The position numbers and the translations under genes were made by a program. From assembly GCA_046726415.1 (NCBI GenBank), contig JBKPAK010000299.1:1-30479 (forward strand): a stretch of DNA of 30,479 bases. The letters run 5' to 3'. The stretch comes from Candidatus Methylomirabilota bacterium. Its GTDB lineage: Bacteria > Methylomirabilota > Methylomirabilia > Rokubacteriales > CSP1-6. Below, in pieces: positions 6,397 through 17,657 of this stretch (position 1 is the stretch's first letter; each line of letters begins with the position of its first letter). Under the pieces are notes generated by a model. That model was not told the DNA's origin. It did not search any database and was given only the letters and a program-made list of their open reading frames with translations.

Positions 6397-8067
6397 ATGC
6401 TCCGCGAGCTGCGCGTTCGCGATCTGGCGGTCATCGAGAACGTCGCCGTGCCGTTCCAGGCGGGCCTCAACGTCCTGACCGGCGAGACCGGCGCCGGAAA
6501 GTCGATCCTCATCGACGCGGTGCTTCTCCTGCGGGGCGCGCGGGCTCAGGCCGATGTCATCCGAAGCGAGGCGGAGTCGGCGCTGGTGGAGGGGGTGTTC
6601 GCCGTCGATCCCGGCAGCGCCGCGGCCGAGGTCCTCAACCATTCCGGATTGTCGACGGAGAACCAGGAGATCGTCGTTCGCCGAGAGCTGACGCGGGCGG
6701 GGCGACATCGCGCCTTCGTGAACGACTCGCCGGTGACGGTGGCCCTTCTCGAGCGTCTCGGTGATCACCTCGTCGAGGTGCACGGTCAGCACGAACACCA
6801 GCGCCTCTCCGAGCCCGCACGGCAGCTCGAGATCCTCGACCGTTTCGCAGGTGCCGAAGGCGTGGGCAGCCGGGTGGCGACGCTCTACGCCAAGCATCGC
6901 GCGGCCTGCGACGAGCTCGAGCACGTCCGTGCCGCCGAACGCGATCGCGCCCAGCGCGAGGACCTGCTGCGCTTCCAGGTGAGCGAGCTGGAGGCGGCCC
7001 GCCTGCGGCCGGGGGAGGAGGCAGAGCTTCGCGCAGAGCGGCGTCGCCTCCAGTATGCCGAGCGCTTGCTGGCCGGCCTCGGAGAGGCCGAGGCGCAGCT
7101 CGACGACGAGCGGGACTCGGCGCTTTCCCGGATCGGGCGTGCCGCGAGGATTCTCCGCGATCTCGGCCGCCTCGACGCCAGCTTCGCCGCACCGGCGGAG
7201 CCGCTGGACGCGGCGGCCGTCCTGCTCGACGAGGCTCTCCGCGCCCTGCGCACCCTGCGCCATGAGGCCGCCGCCGAGCCGGACCGTCTGGAGGAGGTCG
7301 AAGAGCGCCTCGAGGTCATCGCCCGCCTGAGGCGGAAATACGGCGAGAGCGAAGACACCATGCTCGCCTTCCAGAAAGCCGCCGCCGCCGAGCTAGAACG
7401 GCTGGCCCACCACGAAGAAATCGTGGCGGAAGGGGAACGCCTCCAGGGCCAGCTCCAGGCGGAGCTCGAGGCGACGGCCAACGAGCTGGCCGAGCGACGG
7501 GCGGCGGCGGCGCGCCGGCTCCAGGCACGGGTCGAGCGCGAGATCCGCGCGCTGGGCATTGAGCGTGGCCTCTTCCGCATCGCGCTCGAGCCCCTCGGCG
7601 CTGTGTCGGCCCGGGGCTCAGACCGCGCGGAGTTCCGCCTGTCCGCCAACCCAGGGGAAGAGCCACGAGCGCTGGCGCGGGTGGCCTCCGGCGGCGAGCT
7701 ATCGCGCACCATGCTGGCCCTACTCGCCGTGCTGGCCGCCGCCGACGAGGTGCCCACGGTGATCTTTGACGAGGTCGATGCGGGCATCGGGGGCCAGACC
7801 GCCGGTGTGGTCGGTGACCGCCTGGCCACGGTGGCCGAGCAGCGTCAGGTCCTGTGCGTGACCCACCTGGCCCAAATCGCCGCGCGCGCCGGTCATCACC
7901 TCCGCGTGGCCAAGATCGTCCACGGTGGACGGGCCAGGGCCACCATCGAACCGCTGGCCGCACGAGAGCGGGTGTCGGAGCTCGCCCGGATGCTGGGTGG
8001 TGAGACGAAGGCCGCGCTGAGCCACGCGCGGGAACTCCTGGCCGAGGTCCGCCGCGTGCGCCGTTGA
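6397..8067 (+). CDS. recN: DNA repair protein RecN
   Basis: LTGETGAGKS Walker A, VHGQHEHQ, VASGGELSR, IFDEVDAGIGG and LCVTHLAQIAA. Confidence 0.97.
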   Translation: MLRELRVRDLAVIENVAVPFQAGLNVLTGETGAGKSILIDAVLLLRGARAQADVIRSEAESALVEGVFAVDPGSAAAEVLNHSGLSTENQEIVVRRELTRAGRHRAFVNDSPVTVALLERLGDHLVEVHGQHEHQRLSEPARQLEILDRFAGAEGVGSRVATLYAKHRAACDELEHVRAAERDRAQREDLLRFQVSELEAARLRPGEEAELRAERRRLQYAERLLAGLGEAEAQLDDERDSALSRIGRAARILRDLGRLDASFAAPAEPLDAAAVLLDEALRALRTLRHEAAAEPDRLEEVEERLEVIARLRRKYGESEDTMLAFQKAAAAELERLAHHEEIVAEGERLQGQLQAELEATANELAERRAAAARRLQARVEREIRALGIERGLFRIALEPLGAVSARGSDRAEFRLSANPGEEPRALARVASGGELSRTMLALLAVLAAADEVPTVIFDEVDAGIGGQTAGVVGDRLATVAEQRQVLCVTHLAQIAARAGHHLRVAKIVHGGRARATIEPLAARERVSELARMLGGETKAALSHARELLAEVRRVRR

Positions 8068-8099
8068 GGCAACCTCGAGGGTGAGCTCGGGGCAGCCGG

Positions 8100-8105
8100 T
8101 ATAAT
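8100..8105 (+). promoter_or_regulatory. -10 element (TATAAT) 8 nt before the secA ATG; leaderless geometry
   Basis: TATAAT-gtgacagc-ATG, with no SD. Confidence 0.7.
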
Positions 8106-8113
8106 GTGACAGC

Positions 8114-10909
8114 ATGCTCGACACGCTGCTGAAGAAGATCTTCGGGACCAAGCACGAGCGCGACGTCAAGCGCACTCAGCCCATGGTGGCGGCCATCAAC
8201 GCCGTGGAGCCCTCGCTGGCGTCGCTCTCCGATGCGGCCCTTCGAGAGAAGACCGACGAGTTTCGCACCCGGGCCGCGGCCGGGGAGTCACTCGACGCGC
8301 TCCTCCCGGAAGTCTTCGCGGTCGGCCGGGAGGCGGCCCGCCGCGCGGTCGGCATGCGGCACTTCGATGTCCAGCTCATCGGCGGCATGGTGCTTCACCG
8401 CGGCGCCATCGCGGAGATGGCCACCGGCGAGGGGAAGACGCTCGTGGCCACCCTTCCCGCGTATCTCAACGCCCTCCCCGGACGAGGCGTGCACATCGTC
8501 ACCGTGAACGACTACCTGGCCAAGCGCGACGCCCAGTGGATGGGGCCGCAGTACCACGCGCTCGGCCTCTCCGTGGGGGTCATCCAGCACGAAGCCTCGT
8601 TCCTCTACGACCCCGCCTACGTGACCTCCGACATCCGCCTGACCTCGCTGCGCCCGTGCAGTCGCCAGGAGGCCTATCGGGCGGACATCACCTACGGGAC
8701 CAACAACGAGTTCGGCTTCGATTATCTCCGCGACAACATGCGCTTCACCCTGGAAGAGCTGGTCCAGCGCGAGCTGCATTACGCCATCGTCGACGAGGTG
8801 GATTCCATCCTCATCGACGAGGCCCGGACGCCCCTCATCATCTCGGGCCCCGCGGAGGAGTCCACCGAGCTGTACTACCGCGTCGATCGCATCATTCCCC
8901 GCCTGAAGCGGGCGGCCACCATCGTGGAGGGAAAGCTCTCGGAGGTTGAGGCCCAAGCGGTGGGCGACTTCATCATCGACGAGAAGGCCCGCGCGGTGGC
9001 TCTGACCGAGCAGGGTATCGAGACGTGCGAGGGGCTCCTGCACATCGACAACCTGTACGATCCCCAGCACATCACCGTGCTTCACCACATCCAGCAGGCC
9101 CTGCGGGCGCACTCCCTCTATCGGCGTGACGTCGACTACATGGTCAAGGACGGCGAGGTGATCATCGTCGACGAGTTCACCGGACGCCTCATGCCGGGCC
9201 GACGGTGGTCGGACGGGCTCCATCAGGCCGTGGAGGCCAAGGAAGGGGTGCGCATCGAGCGCGAGAACCAGACGCTGGCCACCATCACGTTCCAGAATTA
9301 CTTCCGGATGTACGCCAAGCTGGCCGGCATGACGGGCACCGCCGAGACAGAGGCGGAGGAGTTCGCCAAGATCTACAAGCTCGATGTCACCGTGATTCCC
9401 ACGAACCGGACGCTGGTGCGCCTCAACCAGCCGGACGTCGTCTACAAGACGGAGCGCGAGAAGTTCGACGCCGTGGTGAATGACATCCTCGAGCGCCACC
9501 AGAAGGGTCAACCGGTTCTGGTGGGCACCGTCTCCATCGAGAAGTCCGAACAGCTCTCGAAGCTCCTCAAGAGGCGCGGAATACGCCACGAGGTCCTGAA
9601 CGCCAAATACCACGAGCGGGAGGCGGAGATCGTGGCCCAGGCCGGCCGCGACGGAGCCGTCACCATCGCGACCAACATGGCCGGCCGGGGTACGGACATC
9701 CTCCTGGGCGGCCACCCCGAGTTCCTGTCAAAGGAACTGTTGCGCAAGAAGGGCCTCGATCCGGCTAACGCGCCGCCGGATGCCCGTGCCGCGGCGCTCG
9801 GCGAGGCGCGCCGCATCACGCAGCCCGAGCACGAGCACGTGGTCAGTCTCGGTGGCTTACACATCGTGGGCACCGAGCGCCATGAGTCGCGCCGGGTCGA
9901 CAACCAGCTGCGCGGGCGCTCGGGCCGACAGGGCGACCCCGGGTCGTCGCGCTTTTACCTCTCGCTCGAGGACGACCTCCTCCGCATCTTCGGTTCGCAG
10001 CGGATCCAAAAAATCATGGAGCGGCTCGGCATGGAGGAAGGCGAGCCCATCGAGCACCGGCTGGTGACCCGGGCCATCGCCACCGCGCAGAAGCGGGTCG
10101 AGACGCACAACTTCGAGATCAGGAAACACTTGCTCGAGTACGACGACGTCATGAACAAGCAGCGCGAGGTCATTTACGGCATGCGCCGCCAGATCCTGGA
10201 TGGGGAGAGCCAGGAAGCCACCGTGACCGAGTGGATGGAAGACCTCGTGGGCAGCGTGCTCGACAGCTACGCGTCCGGCGACGCGCACCCCGAGGACTGG
10301 GACTTGGCCGGCCTCGGCGAGGCGCTCTTCCAGCAGTTCGACGTGCGGGTCCCTCCCGCAGAGTTCAAGGAGATCGCGGCCCGCGACGGTCTCGAGGAAC
10401 TGGTGGGCACCATGGTGAAGGAGCGCTATGCCGCGCGCGAACGCGAGCTGGGCTCCGACCTCCTGCGCGCCCTGGAGCGGCACGCTATGCTCCTGGTGAT
10501 CGACCAGCAATGGAAGGATCACCTCCTCTCCATCGATCACCTCAAGGAAGGCATCGGGCTCCGGGGCTACGGTCAGCGGGACCCGCTCATGGAATACAAG
10601 AAGGAGGCCTTCGACCTCTTCCAGGACATGACGGAACGGGTCAAGGCGACGGTGATCGAGCGCCTGTTCAAGATGCAGGTGATGGCCGAGGCCCCGCCGG
10701 AGATGCCGGCGCCCACTCGCCTCGCTGCAGCGCAAGAGTCGCGCGGCGAGAGTCCGCTGCCCTCGGGTCGGCCTGCCGTGGACAGCGGCCCTCGTCGAGC
10801 CCCGGGACCATCGAGGCGCCCGCCGGCCCAGAAGATCGGCCGCAACGACCCCTGCTACTGCGGGTCGGGCAAGAAGTACAAGAAGTGCTGCTACCTGAAG
10901 GGGGCCTGA
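8114..10909 (+). CDS. secA: Preprotein translocase ATPase SecA
   Basis: [55 protein letters not shown] and the C-terminal metal-binding motif [18 protein letters not shown]. Confidence 0.99.
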   Translation: MLDTLLKKIFGTKHERDVKRTQPMVAAINAVEPSLASLSDAALREKTDEFRTRAAAGESLDALLPEVFAVGREAARRAVGMRHFDVQLIGGMVLHRGAIAEMATGEGKTLVATLPAYLNALPGRGVHIVTVNDYLAKRDAQWMGPQYHALGLSVGVIQHEASFLYDPAYVTSDIRLTSLRPCSRQEAYRADITYGTNNEFGFDYLRDNMRFTLEELVQRELHYAIVDEVDSILIDEARTPLIISGPAEESTELYYRVDRIIPRLKRAATIVEGKLSEVEAQAVGDFIIDEKARAVALTEQGIETCEGLLHIDNLYDPQHITVLHHIQQALRAHSLYRRDVDYMVKDGEVIIVDEFTGRLMPGRRWSDGLHQAVEAKEGVRIERENQTLATITFQNYFRMYAKLAGMTGTAETEAEEFAKIYKLDVTVIPTNRTLVRLNQPDVVYKTEREKFDAVVNDILERHQKGQPVLVGTVSIEKSEQLSKLLKRRGIRHEVLNAKYHEREAEIVAQAGRDGAVTIATNMAGRGTDILLGGHPEFLSKELLRKKGLDPANAPPDARAAALGEARRITQPEHEHVVSLGGLHIVGTERHESRRVDNQLRGRSGRQGDPGSSRFYLSLEDDLLRIFGSQRIQKIMERLGMEEGEPIEHRLVTRAIATAQKRVETHNFEIRKHLLEYDDVMNKQREVIYGMRRQILDGESQEATVTEWMEDLVGSVLDSYASGDAHPEDWDLAGLGEALFQQFDVRVPPAEFKEIAARDGLEELVGTMVKERYAARERELGSDLLRALERHAMLLVIDQQWKDHLLSIDHLKEGIGLRGYGQRDPLMEYKKEAFDLFQDMTERVKATVIERLFKMQVMAEAPPEMPAPTRLAAAQESRGESPLPSGRPAVDSGPRRAPGPSRRPPAQKIGRNDPCYCGSGKKYKKCCYLKGA

Positions 10910-11004
10910 GCGAGCTCCATATCTAGGGGTTTACGCGGTCCCCTAGCCCAACTGATGGTGTTTTTTTCTTAGGGTTTGAGCATGGGGCCGTGATAGAAAA
11001 CCTC

Positions 11005-14000
11005 ATGCGCCTTGAGCACATCACGCTGCACGGCTTCAAGTCCTTCTCCGAGCGCACCGTCCTCAAGGTCCTCCCTGGGATCACCGGCATCGTGGGGCCG
11101 AACGGGTGCGGCAAGAGCAATATCGCCGAGGCGGTGCGGTGGGCGCTCGGCGAACAGAGCGCCAAATCGCTGCGCGGGCAGCGGATGGAGGATCTCGTCT
11201 TCCACGGCTCGGCCTCTCGTAAGGCGGTCGGCATGGCCGAAGTCGATCTGGTGTTCAGCAACGACGGCACGCTCGCCGTGCCGTGGACGGAGATCGAAGT
11301 CACCCGGCGCGTCTACCGGACGGGGGAAAGCGAGTACCTCCTCAACCGGACGATGTCGCGGTTGCGCGACATCCTCGACCTGTTCGCCGGCACGGGCGCC
11401 AACCCGCGCGCGTACTCGATCATGGATCAGGACAAGCTGAACCATGTCCTGACCGCCAAGCCCCACGAGCGCCGCGGCTTCATCGAAGAGGCCGCGGGCA
11501 TCGCGCGCTACAAGCAGCAGCGGCACGAGACCGAGGGCAAGCTCGACGCCGCGCGCCAGAACCTTGTGCGCGTGCGCGACGTCATGGACGAGGTGAAGCG
11601 TCAGCTCGGGTCCATCGAGCGTCAGGCCAAGCGGGCCGCCCAGTACAAGGCGCTGGAGAGTGAGCGCCGCTCGCTCGCTCTCACCCTCCTGGCCGCCGAT
11701 TATTCCCTGCTCGCCGCCGAGGGCGAGCGCCTCGGCCAGGCGATCGCCGAGCGGCGGGATGCGGAAACGGCCCTGCAGGCAGAAGCGGCCCAGATCGCCG
11801 CGCGGACCGCCGTCCAGCGCGCGCGGCTTCAAGAGAGCGAGCATGAGGTCGCCGATCTCCGCCAGGCGGTGCAGAAGGTGCAAGGAGAGCTAGAGCGTCT
11901 GCTCGAACGGCGCGAGCAGCTGGGCGTTCAGCTCCGAGAGCTGAGGGACGAGGAGCAACGCCTCGAGGACGACCGACAGTCGACGGCGGAACGCCTCGAG
12001 AGCATCGGGCGCGAGCGCGAGATGCTCTGGGAGGCGGCCCGGGAGGCCGAGACGGTCGTCCAGGAACGCACGCGCGTCGCCGTCGATCTCGACGCCCGGC
12101 TGACGCACTGTCGAGCGTCTCTGGCCGCGGATCGCGATCGGTTGGAGGCTCGGCGCCAGGAGCAGATGCGCGTTGTCGCCGAGCGGACCGATCTGATGCG
12201 CCAGGCCGGTGAGCTGCGCGAGCGGCAGACGCAGTTGGCTCGTCGCCACGGACGACTGTCCGGCGAACTGGCCGACGCCAACGCCGAGGTTCAGCGGTTG
12301 GACGATACGCGGGCCGGCCTCGAAGCGCAGCGCGATCGCGGAGCAGCGGAGCTGGCTGCTCTGATCGCCGAGCGGGAACGGCTGACATGCGAAGTGGACG
12401 AGGAGGCGCGCCGGCTGGCCGAGACCGAGCGTCGACTGGCCGACACACGGCTCATCCTGGCAGCTCGCCGTTCGGGTCTCGAAGGCCTGCGCGAACTGGA
12501 GCGCGCCCGGGAAGGTTATGGAGCCGGGGTTCGCGCGGTCTTCGGGCACCGCAGTGCTGCCGAGGGCGATAGCCCCGGTCGGGAGGCCACGGTCCTGACA
12601 GGTATCGTGGGGACCGTCGCCGACCTCCTCGAGGTGCCGATCGGCTTGGAACGCGCCGTGGAGGCGGTGCTCGGCGAGCGGCTGCAATGGGTCGTGGTGG
12701 AGCGCTTCGAGGACGCGCGAGCGGCGGTGGCCCATCTGCGCGCGCATGGCGCTGGTGCGGCCACCTTCCTCCCCCTCGATCACTTGCCGATCGCGCCCGA
12801 GCCGGTGCCCGACGACAATGGCCTGCGATGGGCGGTGCGCTCGGTGGGCGCTTCACGCGACGGGCTCGCTCGCTACCTCCTCAGACGCGTTGCCATTGTG
12901 GAGCACCTGGACCACGCCGAGGCGCTGTGGCGGCGTAACGGAGTGGTGGCGACCTACGTCACCCTCACAGGTGAAGTGCTGGGTCCAACCGGCCGGCTGC
13001 GTGGAGGGGCCGACGAGGCTGAGGCCCCCACGGCGGAGCAGTCGTTCCTGGCCCGCAAGCGCCGCCTGCGCGAACTGGGCGAAGAGGTGCACGGGTTGGC
13101 GCGCGCCGTCGAGGTCGAGGAGGAAGCCCAGCGGCACCACGAGGCTGCGGTATCGGCCCGGCGAGCGGACCTGGCGGCCATCGAGGGATCGCTCCGTGCA
13201 CGCCAAGCCGATAAGGTTGCCATCGACAAAGACTTCGAGCAGGCGGTGCGAGAACACGAGAGACTCGACCGCCACGGTGAGACACTCCGCGTGGAGTGGG
13301 CACAGGTGGTACGGGAGGCCGATGAGACCGCCGAAACACTCGCCGGCTTGGGGCGTCGTCTGCAGCTCGCCCACGAGGCGGAAACCCGCCACGAGGAGGC
13401 GATGGCTGGTCTCCGCGCGTCCATCGACGCCGCCCGGGAAGACGAGGCGGCTCTCAGTGGCGAGCTGACTGCCTGCCGTGTGGAAATGGCGTCGGCGGCG
13501 GAGCGGATGGAGGCGCTGGGGCGCGAACGGGTCCGCCTCGACGATATGGAGACGGATCTGAGCAATCGGCAGGCGCAGGCGCGCGGGCGGCGCGCGCAAC
13601 TCGAGGAGCGGTGTCAGTGGCTCGGAGCCGAACAATGGCGCGCCGATGAAGCGGCGCAGGGGGCCGCGGGCGAACGCAATCGCATGGAAGAGGCCGTTCG
13701 GGGCGCCGTCGAGCAGCACGAGCAGTTCCTCGACCAGCTCTCGACCACCGAGGCCGGAGCACGGCGAGTGGACGAAGCCCTGAGAGAGCAGACGACAGCT
13801 ATCCACGAGTGCGAGCTTCGCGCCACCGAGGGCCGGGTGCGGCGCGAAGAGCTGCTCCAGGAAGCCAGCCGGACGTACGGTCTGGAGGATGAACCGGCGT
13901 TGCGCGGGCTTCACGACCCAGCCTGCGACCTCGACGCGGTGCGCCAACGCTGTGCCACGCTCGCGGAGAAGCTCCAGGCCATTGGTCCGGTCAACCTGGT

Positions 14001-14586
14001 GGCCGACGAGGAGTATCGAGAACTGGACGAGCGGTTGTCCTTTCTGAGAACGCAGCACGACGACCTGACCGGGTCGATCAAGGATCTCGACAAGACCCTG
14101 CGCGGCATGACCCGCACCGCGCATGAGCGCTTCAGTCAGGCGTTCACGGACATCAACGCGCACTTCCAGGGCATCTTCGGCCGGCTATTCGAAGGTGGCC
14201 GAGCGGAGCTGAGGCTCGTGGAGCCCGAAGAGGGCGAAGATCCCCTGGAGACAGGGGTCGAGCTGATGGCGCAGCCGCGCGGCAAGCGGCTGCAGTCGGT
14301 CACCCTGATGTCCGGGGGAGAGCGCGCCCTGACCGGGCTCGCCCTGCTCTTTGCGATCTTCTATTACCGCCCGAGCCCGTTCTGCGTCCTGGACGAGGTC
14401 GATGCACCGCTCGACGACGCCAACATCCATCGTTTCCTGCGCGTGCTTCGCGAGCTGACCAGCCGCACGCAATTCCTGATCATTACGCACAACCGAAAGA
14501 CTATGGAAGCGGCGGATGCCCTCTATGGCGTCACCATGGAGGAACCGGGGCTTTCGAAGGTCGTATCCGTGAATCTCCGGGCCTGA
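11005..14586 (+). CDS. smc: Chromosome segregation protein SMC
   Basis: GFKSF, GPNGCGKSN, long coiled coils, hinge (GIVGTVADLL...ATFLPLD), MSGGE and LDEVDAPLD. ATG 11005 is preferred over GTG 10990. Confidence 0.97.
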   Translation: MRLEHITLHGFKSFSERTVLKVLPGITGIVGPNGCGKSNIAEAVRWALGEQSAKSLRGQRMEDLVFHGSASRKAVGMAEVDLVFSNDGTLAVPWTEIEVTRRVYRTGESEYLLNRTMSRLRDILDLFAGTGANPRAYSIMDQDKLNHVLTAKPHERRGFIEEAAGIARYKQQRHETEGKLDAARQNLVRVRDVMDEVKRQLGSIERQAKRAAQYKALESERRSLALTLLAADYSLLAAEGERLGQAIAERRDAETALQAEAAQIAARTAVQRARLQESEHEVADLRQAVQKVQGELERLLERREQLGVQLRELRDEEQRLEDDRQSTAERLESIGREREMLWEAAREAETVVQERTRVAVDLDARLTHCRASLAADRDRLEARRQEQMRVVAERTDLMRQAGELRERQTQLARRHGRLSGELADANAEVQRLDDTRAGLEAQRDRGAAELAALIAERERLTCEVDEEARRLAETERRLADTRLILAARRSGLEGLRELERAREGYGAGVRAVFGHRSAAEGDSPGREATVLTGIVGTVADLLEVPIGLERAVEAVLGERLQWVVVERFEDARAAVAHLRAHGAGAATFLPLDHLPIAPEPVPDDNGLRWAVRSVGASRDGLARYLLRRVAIVEHLDHAEALWRRNGVVATYVTLTGEVLGPTGRLRGGADEAEAPTAEQSFLARKRRLRELGEEVHGLARAVEVEEEAQRHHEAAVSARRADLAAIEGSLRARQADKVAIDKDFEQAVREHERLDRHGETLRVEWAQVVREADETAETLAGLGRRLQLAHEAETRHEEAMAGLRASIDAAREDEAALSGELTACRVEMASAAERMEALGRERVRLDDMETDLSNRQAQARGRRAQLEERCQWLGAEQWRADEAAQGAAGERNRMEEAVRGAVEQHEQFLDQLSTTEAGARRVDEALREQTTAIHECELRATEGRVRREELLQEASRTYGLEDEPALRGLHDPACDLDAVRQRCATLAEKLQAIGPVNLVADEEYRELDERLSFLRTQHDDLTGSIKDLDKTLRGMTRTAHERFSQAFTDINAHFQGIFGRLFEGGRAELRLVEPEEGEDPLETGVELMAQPRGKRLQSVTLMSGGERALTGLALLFAIFYYRPSPFCVLDEVDAPLDDANIHRFLRVLRELTSRTQFLIITHNRKTMEAADALYGVTMEEPGLSKVVSVNLRA

Positions 14587-14657
14587 GTCCGAGGCCCGGG
14601 CGGTGGCCTCGCGAGTGAAACTGCTGCGGGAATACGCTAGACTCGTAGTGGTGGTGC

Positions 14658-15530
14658 ATGGCGTCGACCGGCAGCTTTCTCCGTGAGCTTCGGGAACGAC
14701 ACGGTGTCTCCCTCGAGGAGCTCGCGCGCACGACCAGAATCGGACGGCGCTTCCTCGAGGCGCTAGAAGCCGACGACTTCAGCTCTCTTCCCTCCGGGCC
14801 GTTCGCCAAGGGCTTTATCCGCGCCTACTGCCAGGCCCTGAATGAGCCCGCCGATGAAGCGCTCGCCCGCTACACAGCGACGACCGCCCCGAGCGTTCCC
14901 GGCCCCGCCCGCGAAGTCCCCCCCCCGCGCGAGAGTAGCCGCCGGGCGCCAGTATTCGTGAGCCTCGCTCTGCTTATCGCTCTTGGTGCGGCGCTGACCG
15001 GCGTCACCCTGGCCCTGCGCGCAGGCCGTGGAGGTGAGGATGCGCAGCGGCCGGCGAACACGCCTCAGCGAGCTCCGTCGTCGCGGCCCGGAGAAGCGCC
15101 CGTGAGGCTCGCTCCGCCGGCGTCACCGCCGCCATACTCGGGGCCCACGCGGCCCCCGCCACCTCCGCCCAGTGCGACGGCGCCACCGGTGGCCGAGCCT
15201 GTGCCGTCAGCGCCTTCCTCGCCATCCGCCACCGTGCCGGCTCCGCCGGGAGTCGCTCCACCCTTCGTGGCGTCGACCGGCACCCCCTACCGGCTCGTAG
15301 CACGCGCGTCGGATCCGACGTGGATTCGCGTGCGCTTGGAGGGCGGCAGGACCATCGAGGAGACGATCCCCGCCGGTGAGGTTCGCGAGTGGGTCTCGAA
15401 CTATCCCTTCGAATTGCGCATCGGCAATGCCGGCGGCGTCGTCTTGGAGCTGAACGGACAAGTCCTTCCGCCACTTGGAGCGCGGGGCGCCGTCATCACT
15501 CGCCTGGTTCTGCCCTCGGAATCGCGGTGA
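14658..15530 (+). CDS. rodZ: RodZ-like cell-shape protein (HTH, TM helix, Pro-rich linker, DUF4115-type domain)
   Basis: GSFLRELRERHGVSLEELARTTRI...LEALEADDF...FAKGFIRAYCQAL, one TM segment, and LRIGNAGGVVLELNG. Confidence 0.88.
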   Translation: MASTGSFLRELRERHGVSLEELARTTRIGRRFLEALEADDFSSLPSGPFAKGFIRAYCQALNEPADEALARYTATTAPSVPGPAREVPPPRESSRRAPVFVSLALLIALGAALTGVTLALRAGRGGEDAQRPANTPQRAPSSRPGEAPVRLAPPASPPPYSGPTRPPPPPPSATAPPVAEPVPSAPSSPSATVPAPPGVAPPFVASTGTPYRLVARASDPTWIRVRLEGGRTIEETIPAGEVREWVSNYPFELRIGNAGGVVLELNGQVLPPLGARGAVITRLVLPSESR

Positions 15531-16453
15531 GTTTCCTGTCGGGCCTCGGCGAGCGCTTGCGCCAAGGGCTCAGGCGCTCGCAAGAGTTTCTCACCGGCGA
15601 GCTGACGGCCGTACTTGACCCCGAGCGTCCCCTCGACGACGCACTCTTCGAGGAGCTGGAAGAGGTGCTGGTCGCCGCAGACCTCGGAGCGCCGCTCGCG
15701 GCGGATTTCGTCAATCGGGCCCGCGAGGAGGTGATGTTCGGGACCGTGACCAAGGCCTCTCAGCTTCGACCGCTCTTCCGGCGCTTTCTCCTGGATATCC
15801 TCGCGCCGGCGGCCCAGGGTCTCGCTCTCGATCATCGGCCTGCCGTCGTCGTGATGCTCGGGGTCAACGGATCGGGCAAGACGACGACCTGCGCCAAACT
15901 GGCCGCCGCGCTGAAGGCGGAGGGCCACCAGGTCGTGCTGGCCGCGGCCGACACGTTTCGCGCTGCGGCCATCGAGCAACTCGTGGCGTGGGCGGACCGC
16001 GTGGGCGTCGACGTCATCCGCCAGGCCGCCGGTTCCGATCCGGCGGCGGTGGTGTTCGACGCTCTGAAGGCCGTCACGGCGCGGGACGTCGACGTACTCG
16101 TCATCGACACCGCCGGGCGGCTTCACACGAAGTCGAACCTGATGGACGAGTTGGCCAAGCTCACCCGGGTAGTTACCCGCCAGCTTCCCGAGGCGCCTCA
16201 CGAGAAGCTGATGGTGCTGGATGCCACCACGGGGCAAAACGGCTTCGCGCAGGCCCGGATGTTCCACGACGCGATCGGACTGACCGGGGTCTGTCTCACG
16301 AAACTCGATGGGACGGCGAAAGGTGGGATTGTCGTGCGGATCGTTCGCGAGCTGGGGCTCCCCGTGAAGCTCATCGGCGTCGGCGAGAAGGTGGACGATC
16401 TCCAGACCTTCGAGCCCACTCGCTTCGTCGACGCCCTCGTACCCGCGGCGTGA
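15527..16453 (+). CDS. ftsY: SRP receptor FtsY (short NG-only form)
   Basis: [24 protein letters not shown] and [13 protein letters not shown] 15527 overlaps the rodZ stop. Confidence 0.97.
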   Translation: MSFLSGLGERLRQGLRRSQEFLTGELTAVLDPERPLDDALFEELEEVLVAADLGAPLAADFVNRAREEVMFGTVTKASQLRPLFRRFLLDILAPAAQGLALDHRPAVVVMLGVNGSGKTTTCAKLAAALKAEGHQVVLAAADTFRAAAIEQLVAWADRVGVDVIRQAAGSDPAAVVFDALKAVTARDVDVLVIDTAGRLHTKSNLMDELAKLTRVVTRQLPEAPHEKLMVLDATTGQNGFAQARMFHDAIGLTGVCLTKLDGTAKGGIVVRIVRELGLPVKLIGVGEKVDDLQTFEPTRFVDALVPAA

Positions 16454-16545
16454 TGCTGTCCCCGAGCGAAACGTTCCGAGGCGTGATGTTATCCCGGAGC
16501 CACCGAGCTGCGATGCCGCCCCGGGCCGAGGTTCCCACGGCGTGA
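16453..16545 (+). other. 30-codon mini-ORF built from degenerate copies of the ftsY/ribD junction
   Basis: ATG overlaps the ftsY TGA and its TGA overlaps the ribD ATG. GGCGTGATG occurs at 16447, 16480 and 16539, with a variant at 16507. Confidence 0.6.
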
Positions 16546-17657
16546 TGTCGCCCCAGAACGACGAGGTCTACATGCGTCGCGCTCTGGACATAGCGGAACG
16601 CGGCCGCGGTCTCACATCGCCCAACCCCATGGTAGGCGCCGTCGTCGTGCGCGAGAACGTGGTGGTGGCCGAGGGCTTCCATCGGCGTGCCGGCGAGGCT
16701 CACGCGGAAATCGAGGCGCTCGTCGCGGCGGGCGAGCAGGCCCGCGGCGCCACGCTCTACGTGACATTGGAGCCGTGCTCACACCTCGGCCGCACGCCCC
16801 CCTGCGCCCGCCAGGTCGTGGAAGCCGGAGTCCGACGGGTCGTGGCGGCGCTGGTGGATCCCAATCCGCGGGTGGCCGGGCAAGGCCTGGCGGCCCTTCG
16901 CGCAGCGGGGGTCGAGGTCGCGGTGGGCGTGCTGGAGCGAGAGGCCGAGCGACAGAATCGCGCCTTCCTCACCACCATGCGCACCGGCCGACCCCATGTG
17001 ACGCTGAAGGCCGCCATGACCCTCGATGGCAAGATCGCCGACCGCCACGGCACCTCACAGTGGATCACCGGTGACTCCGCCCGTCAGGAGGCGCATCGAC
17101 TTCGGAGCGAGATGGATGCCATCCTCGTGGGCGTGGGAACGATCGTGGCCGATGATCCCGCGTTGACGGTGCGGCGTGAGCGTCCCTGGCCGCGCGAGCC
17201 GTATCGCGTCGTCCTCGATTCGAGGGCTCGCACTCCGCATGATGCGCGTGTCCTTCGCGCGGGCACAGCGGCCCGCACCCTCGTGGTGGTCAGGGATGAC
17301 ACCCCCGAGGAGCGCACCAAGCAGCTGGAAGAGCTGGGTGCCGTGGTCGTGCGCGTCGGGGCGCGACAGGGCCGCGTCGATCTGGGCGGGGCGCTGGCCG
17401 AACTCCATCGGCGTGAGGTCCGCGCCCTCCTCGTCGAAGGTGGTGCCGAGGTCCACGGTGCATTTCTCGATGCCGGCCTGGTGGATCGGGTCGTGATGTT
17501 TGTCGCTCCCCTCCTCCTTGGAGGGCGTCAGGCGTCCTCGGCAGTGGGGGGAGCGGGGCTACCCCTGAAGGGCGCATTGCGCCTGACCGATCTGTCCATC
17601 CGCCACGTCGGGGCTGATCTCCTGCTGGAGGCCGAGGTGGCCAGGGAGCGCTCCTAG
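16545..17657 (+). CDS. ribD: Bifunctional riboflavin biosynthesis deaminase/reductase
   Basis: TSPNPMVGAV, HAE, TLEPCSHLGRTPPC, KAAMTLDGKIA and LLVEGG. Confidence 0.97.
   Translation: MSPQNDEVYMRRALDIAERGRGLTSPNPMVGAVVVRENVVVAEGFHRRAGEAHAEIEALVAAGEQARGATLYVTLEPCSHLGRTPPCARQVVEAGVRRVVAALVDPNPRVAGQGLAALRAAGVEVAVGVLEREAERQNRAFLTTMRTGRPHVTLKAAMTLDGKIADRHGTSQWITGDSARQEAHRLRSEMDAILVGVGTIVADDPALTVRRERPWPREPYRVVLDSRARTPHDARVLRAGTAARTLVVVRDDTPEERTKQLEELGAVVVRVGARQGRVDLGGALAELHRREVRALLVEGGAEVHGAFLDAGLVDRVVMFVAPLLLGGRQASSAVGGAGLPLKGALRLTDLSIRHVGADLLLEAEVARERS

Noticed and set aside
10923..10967. Intrinsic terminator after secA (CTAGGGG/CCCCTAG)
   Set aside because: The stem is only 7 bp with a 10-nt loop and the T-tract is 14 nt away. 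It is possible but not supportable.
16454..16544. FMN riboswitch upstream of ribD
   Set aside because: The gap is too short, lacks RFN conserved motifs, and is explained by junction duplication.
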